A stretch of 43,638 bases of DNA from a virus (Duplodnaviria; Caudoviricetes). A program made the position numbers and the translations under genes. This document shows, piece by piece, positions 9,184 through 17,031 of the stretch (positions are counted from its first letter, which is position 1; each line of letters starts with the position of its first letter). The stretch spans positions 1-43,638 of the IMG/VR virus record IMGVR_UViG_3300022897_000005. One strand, given 5' to 3'. Below the pieces are notes generated by a model that was not told where the DNA came from, did not search any database, and saw only the letters and a program-made list of their open reading frames with translations.

Positions 9184-10829
9184 GCGTGGCTCTACGGGAC
9201 TACCAGCGTGAGGCTCTGGCCGCCGAGGTGGACCACCGGGCCTTCACGCCGCATGAGACCCGGCTGGCCATCGTCTTGGCCACCGGGCTCGGCAAGACCA
9301 TCGTCATGGCTGAGCGAGCGATCGATCACCTGAAGCGCCATGACGGCCGCGTGCTGATCCTCGTGCACACCGACGAGCTGGCGGACCAGGCCGAAGAGAA
9401 GGTACGTCTCCAGGCTCGGCCGCACGGCTTCACGGTGGGCGTGGTTAAGGCCGAGCGAGACGAGGTGTTCGCGGACATCATCATCGGGTCCGTGCAGACC
9501 CTGGACCGACCCACCCGACGCGCCATGGTCTCGGACGTGGGCCTGGTCATCGTGGACGAGTGTCACCACGCCACAGCAGACAGCTACCAGCGCCTGTTGG
9601 CGTTCTTCGGATGCATGGGCCCGCTCGACTGTCCCGCCCTGGGCTTCACGGCCACGCTGGAGCGCGGGGACGGCCAGAGCCTGGGTGGGGTCTGGCAGGA
9701 CGTTGTATATACCCGAGGGACGTCCTGGGCCGTGCGCAAGGGTTGGCTGGTCCAGCCCATCGGCTACCGGCTGGAGATCCCCGGCCTGGCCGCCATGCCC
9801 GTCTCCGAGGCCGGCCAGGATCAGGCCCTGGTAGATGGCCTGGCTCCGGAGCTGATCGTCCAGGAGTGGATCAAGAGAGCGTCCGACCGGCCCACGGTGG
9901 CCTTCATGCCGCTGGTCCGCTCGGCCCGCGCCCTGGCCGCCGCCTTCCATGCGCAGGGCATCACGGCCAGGGTGGTCCACGGCGGCATGCCCAAGCGCGA
10001 GCGCCGGGAGGCCCTGGCCGCATACGAAGCCGGGCACGTTCAGGTGGTCTGCAACGCCATGGTCCTGACCGAAGGCTGGGACTCCCCGCACACGTCGTGT
10101 GTGATCATCGGTCGCGCCACCAAGAGCCGGCCCCTGTTCATCCAGATGGCCGGCCGGGGGCTGCGGCCGGACCCGACCTTCCCCGTGGAGGATCAGGATT
10201 GCGTGCTGCTGTGCGTGGCCGACTCCACCACAGACATGTGCACGGTGGCCGACCTCTCGGACAAGCCCCTGGATCGCAAGACCCAGGGCGCACTGACGGC
10301 CATGGAAGACCAGTGGGACATCGGCTCGGGCATGGAAGACCCGGAGCACGTATGGCTTGGCCAGGTGGACGCTCGGCAGTTCGATCCGCTGGCCACCCGG
10401 TCCAGCAAGGTCTGGGCCAGGACCAAGGCCGGCCTGATCTTCATCCCCGTCGGTGATCGCCGGTACGTCTTCATCAGCGGTACTCAGATCTGGTACTACC
10501 GCCTGGATGAGCACCTGCACCGCGCCGTGGCCAGCAAGCGAGGCCTTCCGCCGCCGGACCTGGAACTGGCCATGGCCGAGGCCGAGCGGCTGGCCGAAGA
10601 CCTCGGCGGAGACCTCGGCCGGCTGGTGGCCGACAAGGGCCGGGCCTGGCGCAAGGGCAAGCCGTCCGAGGCCATGCTGGGCCGCGCCAGTCAGCTCGGC
10701 CTGGACGCCCAGGTGGCCACGATCATGGCCGCCCGAGCCGGCGGCAAGGCCGGAAAAGTGTCAGACCTCATCACTAAGGTCTTGGCCAGCCGAGCGCTGG
10801 ACAAGTTCGCGGAAAGGATCAAGGCGTGA
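9180..10829 (+). CDS. SF2 DEAD/DEAH-box helicase
   Basis: LRDYQ, ATGLGKT, VDECHH, GFTAT, LTEGWD and QMAGRGLR motifs. Confidence 0.92.
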   Translation: MSVALRDYQREALAAEVDHRAFTPHETRLAIVLATGLGKTIVMAERAIDHLKRHDGRVLILVHTDELADQAEEKVRLQARPHGFTVGVVKAERDEVFADIIIGSVQTLDRPTRRAMVSDVGLVIVDECHHATADSYQRLLAFFGCMGPLDCPALGFTATLERGDGQSLGGVWQDVVYTRGTSWAVRKGWLVQPIGYRLEIPGLAAMPVSEAGQDQALVDGLAPELIVQEWIKRASDRPTVAFMPLVRSARALAAAFHAQGITARVVHGGMPKRERREALAAYEAGHVQVVCNAMVLTEGWDSPHTSCVIIGRATKSRPLFIQMAGRGLRPDPTFPVEDQDCVLLCVADSTTDMCTVADLSDKPLDRKTQGALTAMEDQWDIGSGMEDPEHVWLGQVDARQFDPLATRSSKVWARTKAGLIFIPVGDRRYVFISGTQIWYYRLDEHLHRAVASKRGLPPPDLELAMAEAERLAEDLGGDLGRLVADKGRAWRKGKPSEAMLGRASQLGLDAQVATIMAARAGGKAGKVSDLITKVLASRALDKFAERIKA

Positions 10830-11029
10830 CCCGATGCCCGCTCATGCCGTCCCAGCGCAAGATGATCCAGCTCACGGCGGACGGCATGACTCAAGCCAAG
10901 ATCGCTGCTGAGATGGGGCTGAGTCCCTATCAGGTCTACAACGCTCTGCGGTACCTGGTGAAGACTCAGGGATTTGAGAACCGGGTACACATGATCGCTG
11001 AGGCACTGCGGCGGGGATGGATCAAGTGA
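10826..11029 (+). CDS. LuxR-type helix-turn-helix protein
   Basis: QLTADGMTQAKIAAEMGLS...NRVHMIAEALRRGWI matches the LuxR C-terminal HTH. Confidence 0.8.
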   Translation: MTRCPLMPSQRKMIQLTADGMTQAKIAAEMGLSPYQVYNALRYLVKTQGFENRVHMIAEALRRGWIK

Positions 11030-11154
11030 GAGTCAGTAATCAAGCCGTCCGGGAGCGTGCCGCTGAGCTAGCTGGGCGTTGCGGATGTCGCACCTGGCAG
11101 GCTCATCGAGGCGTGGCCATTCACCAGCTGGAGACCGAGGGCAAGATCAAGTGA
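11026..11154 (+). CDS. Small hypothetical protein (42 aa)
   Basis: Read by eye; GTGA overlaps at both ends exactly fill the gap between neighbours. Confidence 0.55.
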   Translation: MRVSNQAVRERAAELAGRCGCRTWQAHRGVAIHQLETEGKIK

Positions 11155-12092
11155 GTGACTTCTATGACGCCGTGGACGACCCGAACGAGTACGGCCTGAC
11201 GCCGGACCAGAAGTTCTACCGCTTCCCGCCGCCGCCCGGGGTGACCGTGCCCAAGGGCTGGCGCGGCTGGACCCGGACCACCAACCTGGTGGGGGCCTTC
11301 AGCGACCAGAAGGCCCTGGAGCTGTGGTCCGAGCGCCAGACCCTGCTGGGCCTGCTGGCCAACGAAGGCACCGTGTTCGACGAGATGGCCGCCGTGGCCC
11401 TGGAAGACCTCACGGACGAACGGCTCAACGCGTTCGCGGACAAGGCTCGTGAGGCGGTCGGAGCGGACACGGCCGCACGCAGGGGGACAGCCAGGCACGC
11501 TGTGTTTGAGACCTACCAGAACACCGGGCGCATCCAGGGCCACCGGCGGATCAAGCTCCAGATGGCCAGCTTGCTGGAGGCCCTGGAGCTGAACGAACTG
11601 GACCTCATCCCCGAGTGGTCCGAGCGCAAGGTCTGGCACCCGGCCGGCGGTGGCGTGATGGGCACGATGGATACCCGGGTGATGTGCCGCCGGACGGGCC
11701 GGGAAGGCGTGCTGGATCTGAAGACCCAGGCGCGCTTCTGGACATATCAGGAGGTCTGCGGCCAGCAGGAGATCTACTCGGGCGCGCCGTGGGTCTGGCA
11801 GGGCCCGTACGACGCCAGCGGGGGCTGGGTGCCCAACCCCGACAACAATCTCATGGGCCACCCGGACGGCGCCCTGGCCGGCCGCAAGGTGGCGCTGTTG
11901 GCCCACATGCCGCAGCAGCCGGGCGAGGGGCAGCTTCCGGTGGAGATCCACGAGGTGGACATCGAGTATGGCGCCCGGGTGGTGGAAGAGGCAGTCCGCA
12001 TCCGGGAGCTGCGCTCGATCGGCAAGAGCACGGCCTATGGGCGCCGGGTGGGCCAGATCCGGCCGCCGTCCGCGCTTGCACGTCAGGCGTAA
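11151..12092 (+). CDS. PD-(D/E)XK (Cas4/RecB-like) exonuclease
   Basis: E...GTMDTRV...VLDLKT...Q..IY motifs; GTG start at 11151. Confidence 0.75.
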   Translation: MSDFYDAVDDPNEYGLTPDQKFYRFPPPPGVTVPKGWRGWTRTTNLVGAFSDQKALELWSERQTLLGLLANEGTVFDEMAAVALEDLTDERLNAFADKAREAVGADTAARRGTARHAVFETYQNTGRIQGHRRIKLQMASLLEALELNELDLIPEWSERKVWHPAGGGVMGTMDTRVMCRRTGREGVLDLKTQARFWTYQEVCGQQEIYSGAPWVWQGPYDASGGWVPNPDNNLMGHPDGALAGRKVALLAHMPQQPGEGQLPVEIHEVDIEYGARVVEEAVRIRELRSIGKSTAYGRRVGQIRPPSALARQA

Positions 12093-12191
12093 TCCTCGGG
12101 GCGGACGGGTGCATTACTTGTCCATGTGGGCTTGATCAGACTGGCACTGAACGGTCCACTCCGAGGGTTGCACGTAAGGCATAGTTGAGGT

Positions 12192-12570
12192 AAGCTTCAG
12201 GTGCTCGGGGCGGTTGGACTAAGCCAGCTCAAGGTGGCGCGATGCCCGCCCCGAGCACCTGAAGCCCCTGGTCCGGGTCCCTCAAAGGATGCGGCCGCAC
12301 GCCGGTAGGTTCGAAGCCAGCCAGGGGCACGCTCGGAACTGCATGAGTGAAAGGCCCGGATCACTGCGGTAGGGTCCGGGCAACACGGCCAGGTAGGGAA
12401 CGGCGGGATCGCTGGTGCACCAGTCCCGTTCGGGTGTTCGAGTCACCCGCTGGCCTCGGAGACACCGGACCGGTTGGTCGCGGATCACCAAAACGGTGAC
12501 GGTCGGGCCCTCGTGGTCCTCCCAGGTAGCTGGGCATCGTTAGGGCGCAAGCCGGCTGGCACAACAGACG
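12192..12570 (+). ncRNA. Putative structured RNA with degenerate tRNA-like modules
   Basis: No convincing ORF; 20-bp perfect inverted repeat, T-loops GGTTCGAAGCC and GTTCGAGTC, acceptor-like stems and further hairpins; promoter motif upstream. Confidence 0.55.
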
Positions 12571-12591
12571 CACACGCAGACAAGGACGCGC

Positions 12592-13095
12592 ATGACGGAT
12601 CAGACGCAGGACCTGTACGACGAGGCGAGCGAAGAGTTCGCCGGCAAGGACGACCTGAAGGATCGCCTGGTGGCCATCTGGGTGACCGGTGTGAAGGGCC
12701 AGCGGACCAACCCGGACGGGAAGCCGTATGCCTGGGTCGAGACCATCACCGTGGCCCTGGACGACGGTCCGGGCGGAGAGAGCGTCACCGAACTGGTGGG
12801 GCCGGCGCCCGAGCGGCTGGACAAGTTCCAGTTGTCGGCCAGTGGGCTGGTCTCCCGGCTGGAGCCCCGAATCACCAAGAAGGACGCGGAGGGTAACCCC
12901 CTTTACAAGCCCATGGTGGGCCGGGTCAACAGCCGCCCGAACAAGATCAAGGGCCGGACGGACTCCTGGTCCATCTCCAAGCCGACCGAGGATGACGCGC
13001 TGATCCTGGACGGGTACGAGTCCCTGCTGCGTGGCATCACGTCCGAGGTCCGCGAGATGCGCGAGACCTCGGACAGCGGCGCCGCTTTCGACTGA
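12592..13095 (+). CDS. Hypothetical protein, possible ssDNA-binding/recombination protein
   Basis: RBS AAGGA; beta-rich core with an acidic C-terminus ending AAFD; follows the exonuclease. Confidence 0.55.
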   Translation: MTDQTQDLYDEASEEFAGKDDLKDRLVAIWVTGVKGQRTNPDGKPYAWVETITVALDDGPGGESVTELVGPAPERLDKFQLSASGLVSRLEPRITKKDAEGNPLYKPMVGRVNSRPNKIKGRTDSWSISKPTEDDALILDGYESLLRGITSEVREMRETSDSGAAFD

Positions 13096-13108
13096 TCGAA
13101 AGGTCCAC

Positions 13109-13174
13109 ATGAACTTCACGCCCATCGGGAGCCCGAACAACCCGCGCCCCCGGCCCAAGCCGAAGCACAACTGA
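13109..13174 (+). CDS. 21-aa Pro/Arg/Lys-rich peptide (MNFTPIGSPNNPRPRPKPKHN)
   Basis: RBS GAAAGG, high-GC3 codons, followed immediately by a hairpin. Confidence 0.5.
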   Translation: MNFTPIGSPNNPRPRPKPKHN

Positions 13175-13177
13175 ACA

Positions 13178-13222
13178 AGATCAGCCCGGCCAAGACCTCT
13201 CCACGGGTGGCCGGGCTGATCT
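13178..13222 (+). terminator. Hairpin/terminator
   Basis: AGATCAGCCCGGCCA/TGGCCGGGCTGATCT, 15-bp stem. Confidence 0.55.
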
Positions 13223-13241
13223 CTATCTGGAGGGCAAAAAC

Positions 13242-13898
13242 TTGAAGCTTCAAGATCTTCGACCGGGTGACATCGGGTTCGGCCCGATCCACGGGCCGGC
13301 TTCCCTGCTGGTCACCACTGGCCAGGCCATGCTCGGCGAGAGCTTCCGGGTGGGCGGACTGAACGTCCAGCACGTCTTCATGATCACCGAAGCTCTGCAC
13401 GACGAGGAGCCTTCTGAGGAATGGCCTACGGGCGTGATCAACAAGGGGAGCCTGGTGGAGGCCATGCCGGGCGGCGCCGTGGAGGTGCCGATCATGCTGG
13501 ACCGCTGGACGCCGAGGTTCGCCTACGCGCGCTTGCCCGAGGATTACTCGGGCCAGGGCTCGGACGCTGCGGCCATCGCGCGGGCCATGGTGGGCACGCC
13601 CTACTCGTTCGCCAGCTACGGCGCGCTTGCGCTCTGGCGTTGGGGGATAAAGACTCCCCGGCTGGAGCGCTGGATCGGCCGGCAGGGTGATCTTCAGGCT
13701 GGACTCGGCCCGTACGGTTCATCCCCGGCCATCCGGCTCCCCAAGGAGGCCATCTGCTCTGTCCTGGTCGACCAGGCCTGGAGCCTGACCGGCAAGAAGA
13801 TCATGGAGAGCGTCCCGCATCAGTGCGTGACACCGGGCGCCCTGGCCGCCCGACTGCTGACCATGGACGACGTGACCTGGATCTGGCCCCGCGATTGA
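13242..13898 (+). CDS. Permuted papain-like NlpC/P60 (YaeF/YiiX-type) hydrolase
   Basis: LRPGDI...QH...LVEAMPGG...VGTPY...ICSVLVDQAW...VTPGAL, with His before Cys. Confidence 0.75.
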   Translation: MKLQDLRPGDIGFGPIHGPASLLVTTGQAMLGESFRVGGLNVQHVFMITEALHDEEPSEEWPTGVINKGSLVEAMPGGAVEVPIMLDRWTPRFAYARLPEDYSGQGSDAAAIARAMVGTPYSFASYGALALWRWGIKTPRLERWIGRQGDLQAGLGPYGSSPAIRLPKEAICSVLVDQAWSLTGKKIMESVPHQCVTPGALAARLLTMDDVTWIWPRD

Positions 13899-13949
13899 AA
13901 CGTGTCAAACAGTGACAAAGGGGATGGGCCCCTCCCGGGGCCCGCTCCC

Positions 13950-14204
13950 TCACTCCTGGCCTACCAGGTCCTTCAGGTAGTAGCCGTCCACCCCATCGTC
14001 CAGGCATCGGCAGTTCTCGATCTTGTCCGAGCCCGCTAGCCAGGTCTGGTAGATGTCCTCGGCCTGGATCCCTTCCTCCAGCAGCTCCTCGGCCCGCTCT
14101 TCGAAGCATCCCATCTGGTGGCCGGCCGCCTCGGCCAGTTTCCGCTCCAGCTCCAGGTCCGTCACCATCGTGTTCTCCATCTTGGCTTCCTCTCCCTTGT
14201 TCAT
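13950..14204 (-). CDS. Acidic hypothetical protein (leaderless)
   Basis: TGCTATACT-N6-ATG at 14204. Confidence 0.6.
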   Translation of the reverse strand: MNKGEEAKMENTMVTDLELERKLAEAAGHQMGCFEERAEELLEEGIQAEDIYQTWLAGSDKIENCRCLDDGVDGYYLKDLVGQE

Positions 14205-14278
14205 ACATTGAGTATAGCAGACGTAGAGACGGCTCCGCAACCCCTTGCGTCAACCTTTTCCTCTGCTATGCTAGAGGT

Positions 14279-14419
14279 ATGACAGCGAGCGAATGGAGCT
14301 TGGTCCTGACGCTCCTCGGGGCTATCGGCCTGGTGGCCGCCGCCGCTGAGGCATGGGGCCGGCCCGCGCGATACGACTCCCGGCACAGGCCGGGCAAGCA
14401 CAGGGAGGAGGATCAATGA
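14279..14419 (+). CDS. Small membrane protein (46 aa, leaderless)
   Basis: TGCTATGCT-N6-ATG; hydrophobic WSLVLTLLGAIGLVAAAA. Confidence 0.6.
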   Translation: MTASEWSLVLTLLGAIGLVAAAAEAWGRPARYDSRHRPGKHREEDQ

Positions 14420-14464
14420 TCACCGAATGGGACCACTCGATCGAGTGGGACTGACCTGACCGCT

Positions 14465-14500
14465 GAAGCCCCCGCCCAGAAAATCTTGGGCGGGGGCTTC
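14465..14500 (+). terminator. Hairpin terminator
   Basis: GAAGCCCCCGCCCA/TGGGCGGGGGCTTC followed by a pyrimidine-rich tract. Confidence 0.65.
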
Positions 14501-14513
14501 CTCTTGATCTCTT

Positions 14514-14533
14514 ACCTCTGCTATAGTTGACCT
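14514..14533 (+). promoter_or_regulatory. Representative copy of the repeated extended -10 promoter/operator motif
   Basis: ACCTCTGCTATAGTTGACCT then ATG; 17 related copies genome-wide (see findings). Confidence 0.8.
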
Positions 14534-14659
14534 ATGAACAACAACGAGCACACCGACACCGACGACCTGACCTTTGCCCCCGCGCCCGACTGGGCCTGGA
14601 TGCTGATGGGCGCCGCGCCGGCTCTGGCGTTTGTGATCATGCTGCTGGTGATCCGATGA
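14534..14659 (+). CDS. Small membrane protein (41 aa, leaderless)
   Basis: TGCTATAGT-N6-ATG; C-terminal hydrophobic helix. Confidence 0.6.
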   Translation: MNNNEHTDTDDLTFAPAPDWAWMLMGAAPALAFVIMLLVIR

Positions 14660-14862
14660 ACTGGACCTTCAGCACCCCGGAGATCGTCCGCACCCAGCCT
14701 CTGCATCCGGCTGAGCGCCTGGCCTTCATCGGGGCCATGGAGGCCCTGAACTGCTGCGCCGACCACGCCGTCCCCCTGGACCGCTTCTCGCTCCGCCTGA
14801 TCACCGAGGGCACCCGCGACGGCGCTCTCACCATTTGGCTCAACGAACTCTCACACTGGTAG
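14656..14862 (+). CDS. Hypothetical protein
   Basis: ATGA overlap at 14656 (MNWTFSTPE...). Confidence 0.65.
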   Translation: MNWTFSTPEIVRTQPLHPAERLAFIGAMEALNCCADHAVPLDRFSLRLITEGTRDGALTIWLNELSHW

Positions 14863-14919
14863 GAAAGATCTTGGCCCGGGGGCTTCCCCGGGCCTTCTTA
14901 CATCTGCTATAGTAGACCT

Positions 14920-15102
14920 ATGAACAAGCCGAGCGACGACAAGCTTCCGATGACCGGGGTCTGGTACCGCAGCACGATCGACCCCCGAGTGATGGGCAAG
15001 GTCATTTCGATCAACGCCCACATGTGCACCGTCCAGTTCACGGGCGGCGGTCTGGACACCTGCACCTTCAACGAATTCGCGGACTCCTGGGAGCTGGCAT
15101 GA
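14920..15102 (+). CDS. Small beta-rich hypothetical protein (leaderless)
   Basis: TGCTATAGT-N6-ATG. Confidence 0.65.
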   Translation: MNKPSDDKLPMTGVWYRSTIDPRVMGKVISINAHMCTVQFTGGGLDTCTFNEFADSWELA

Positions 15103-15251
15103 ACGTCCTGGGCATCATCACCCTCCTGGCCCTGGTGGTCACCATGGCCAGCCTGATCCATACGGCCCGGGCCCGAGCCCGGTGCGAGAAAGCCACACAG
15201 GAGTTGGCGGACCGCCGGCTCAACGCCTCGATCAAGTCCATCAAGCTCTAG
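15099..15251 (+). CDS. Small membrane protein
   Basis: ATGA overlap; N-terminal hydrophobic helix. Confidence 0.6.
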   Translation: MNVLGIITLLALVVTMASLIHTARARARCEKATQELADRRLNASIKSIKL

Positions 15252-15260
15252 GAGATCGTC

Positions 15261-15524
15261 ATGGACATCGCCATCGCCACTGTCATCGCCCAAGCCGTCC
15301 CCGAGTCCACTCCCGAATCCCACCTCTGGGAGGTCCTGTTGGTCCTGTCCACCGTGGCCCTGGTGGTCGTCAGCTCCATCTTGACCTGGGCCACCCTGCG
15401 GCTGAACAACGCCACCCTGAAGGCGGCCAACCACGAAATGGCGCTGCTGGCCGGCAACGTCTCGGCCGACATGGCCAGCGTGGCCAAGGAGTCCATGGAG
15501 GACCACCCAGCTCCAGCCAAGTGA
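15261..15524 (+). CDS. Membrane protein
   Basis: RBS AGGAG; TM segment LWEVLLVLSTVALVVVSSILTW. Confidence 0.65.
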   Translation: MDIAIATVIAQAVPESTPESHLWEVLLVLSTVALVVVSSILTWATLRLNNATLKAANHEMALLAGNVSADMASVAKESMEDHPAPAK

Positions 15525-15598
15525 GATCCAGCAGAGGAGAGGCCTTGACGGGGTCTCTCCTCTGCTATAGTCTAGGTACAGTGAGAGAGAGGCTTCCC

Positions 15599-15931
15599 AT
15601 GGAGAGCAAGGTAGTAGCCCAAACCTTCACGGTCGAGGTCGACCTGAAGAACGCCCCGGAGATCGAGTTGGACGGCCGGGGCTTCACGGCTAAGGGCGCA
15701 ATCCTGGTCTGGCGCAAGGGTGCGCACACGCCACCCACGGTGACCCTGTACACCGATCGAGGCATCGCGCTCCTGGCCCCGCACGAGTGGCCGGACTGGG
15801 TGTGCCAGCTGGTCAGTGAGCAGGACCCAAAGAACCCGACACCCAAGCGCATCAACCTGCCGACCGCTGACCAGGTTCGTGGCCTCACGGCCGCCGAAGC
15901 CGTGCAGCTCTTTAAGGATCTGAACGCATGA
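15599..15931 (+). CDS. Hypothetical protein
   Basis: ATG at 15599 after RBS GAGAGG and the promoter motif at 15566. Confidence 0.65.
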   Translation: MESKVVAQTFTVEVDLKNAPEIELDGRGFTAKGAILVWRKGAHTPPTVTLYTDRGIALLAPHEWPDWVCQLVSEQDPKNPTPKRINLPTADQVRGLTAAEAVQLFKDLNA

Positions 15932-16725
15932 ACATGAAGACGCGCCTGGGCCAGCTCTGGACCGCCGGCATCGCCTACGTGGCGTTGGCCGTCGGGGCCG
16001 GGCTATCGATCATGTACAACGTGGTGGACACGATGGCCGTCCGGGCTGAGGCCCTGGACGTGTACGACGTGATCACCGCCGTGGCCGCCCCCGCCATCGT
16101 GATCTTGATGGTGGAGATGTTCGTGTCCAAGATCTGGGTTGGCCAGACCTGGCAGATCCAGGTGATCCGCTGGCTGGCCACGGTGGCCATCGGTGGCGTG
16201 GCCATGCGAACCAGTTGGACACACGGCCACGACTTCATGGCCAGGCGTGGCCAGGCCAGCGACGTGGCCACGCTCTGGCCACTGGCCATCGATCTGCTGG
16301 CCATCATGGCCACGGCCCTGATCCTGGCCGGCCGCCGTGTCCAGGTGGCCAGTGTCCAGAAGGCCGGCCCAGTGGACAGTGGCCTGGCCAATGAGCTGGA
16401 CGAGTGGGACACGGGCGTGGACAAGGCCATCGGCCAGGCCGGCCAAGAGCTGGCCAACGAGGTGGAGCGATACGTGGCCACCGGCCAGCCGCGCGCGGTC
16501 CCGGTCACCCCTGGCCACGTGGACATCCCCGAGCCGGCAGCTCTGGAAGTCCAGGCCTGGCTGGTGGACGGCCAGACCGTGGCCAAGGGAGAGCTGGACA
16601 AGAAGCTGGCCGCCGATCACGGCGTCAGCACCAGGACGGCCCGTCGCTGGCGGGACCAGATCACAAGGGAGATCAACGATGGCGAAGTATCCGACCAAGG
16701 AGAGCGTGGCCAAGGGGCAGCGTGA
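15928..16725 (+). CDS. SpdA/DUF2637-like multi-pass membrane protein with C-terminal HTH (plasmid/AICE spread-protein type)
   Basis: About 4 TM helices, SWTHGHDF and WPLAIDLL motifs, C-terminal HGVSTRTARRWR HTH. Confidence 0.7.
   Translation: MNMKTRLGQLWTAGIAYVALAVGAGLSIMYNVVDTMAVRAEALDVYDVITAVAAPAIVILMVEMFVSKIWVGQTWQIQVIRWLATVAIGGVAMRTSWTHGHDFMARRGQASDVATLWPLAIDLLAIMATALILAGRRVQVASVQKAGPVDSGLANELDEWDTGVDKAIGQAGQELANEVERYVATGQPRAVPVTPGHVDIPEPAALEVQAWLVDGQTVAKGELDKKLAADHGVSTRTARRWRDQITREINDGEVSDQGERGQGAA
16140..16712. repeat. Dense TGGCCA palindrome cluster within the spdA-like gene
   Basis: About 18 exact TGGCCA counted by eye, plus TGGACA/TGTCCA variants. Confidence 0.8.
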
Positions 16726-16861
16726 GGCCGTGGCCCAGGACCTGAAGCGGCGCGGGGGCAACCCCGTTCAGGTCTCCGACCTGAAGCAGCGCAACGGCGT
16801 GGGCAACGGCGCCGGCAAGCCCTTCCTGAGCACGCTGCTGCGAGGTGGGCGCCGTGGCTAA
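16679..16861 (+). CDS. Small basic protein
   Basis: RBS AAGGGAG, ATG at 16679 (MAKYPTKE...). Confidence 0.6.
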   Translation: MAKYPTKESVAKGQREAVAQDLKRRGGNPVQVSDLKQRNGVGNGAGKPFLSTLLRGGRRG

Positions 16862-17015
16862 GAAGGGCCCGGGGTTCGTCCCCTGCACGACGTGCGGTGG
16901 CTCCTGAGCCACCACAGTCCAGGAGATCTACATCGACAAGAACGGCAAGACCCAAACCCGAGTGGTCCGCAAGGTCTGCACTTCCTGCGGAGGCAGGGGC
17001 GGGTATCACGTCTGA
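16854..17015 (+). pseudogene. DnaJ-type CxxCxGxG zinc-finger mini-protein interrupted by an in-frame TGA
   Basis: MAKKGPGFVPCTTCGGS*ATTVQEIYIDKNGKTQTRVVRKVCTSCGGRGGYHV; TGA at 16905-16907 where Gly is expected. Confidence 0.65.
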
Positions 17016-17031
17016 CAGTCACTACCAATTT

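Noticed and set aside
1426-11029. A definite immunity repressor/integrase cassette
   Set aside because: HTH candidates exist, but no CI-like protein, integrase or attP could be supported from the sequence.
11151-12092. Cas4 as part of a CRISPR system
   Set aside because: No repeat-spacer array or other cas genes; solo PD-(D/E)XK nucleases are common in actinophages.
12168-12196. Alternative sigma70 promoter TTGCAC-N17-TAAGCT for the ncRNA
   Set aside because: Plausible, but it would start transcription inside the 20-bp stem; the CATAGT motif copy matches the genome-wide spacing better. It cannot be excluded without TSS data.
12194-12265. Retron msr/msd-like inverted repeats
   Set aside because: No reverse transcriptase motif is recognisable in any supplied ORF.
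12338-12385. Hammerhead ribozyme (CTGCATGAG...GAAA)
   Set aside because: The core deviates from CUGAUGA and there is no stem II between it and GAAA.
12264-12455. Canonical tRNA genes or tmRNA
   Set aside because: No D arms, no 7-nt anticodon loop, no encoded CCA, no G3-U70 acceptor or tag ORF; reported only as tRNA-like.
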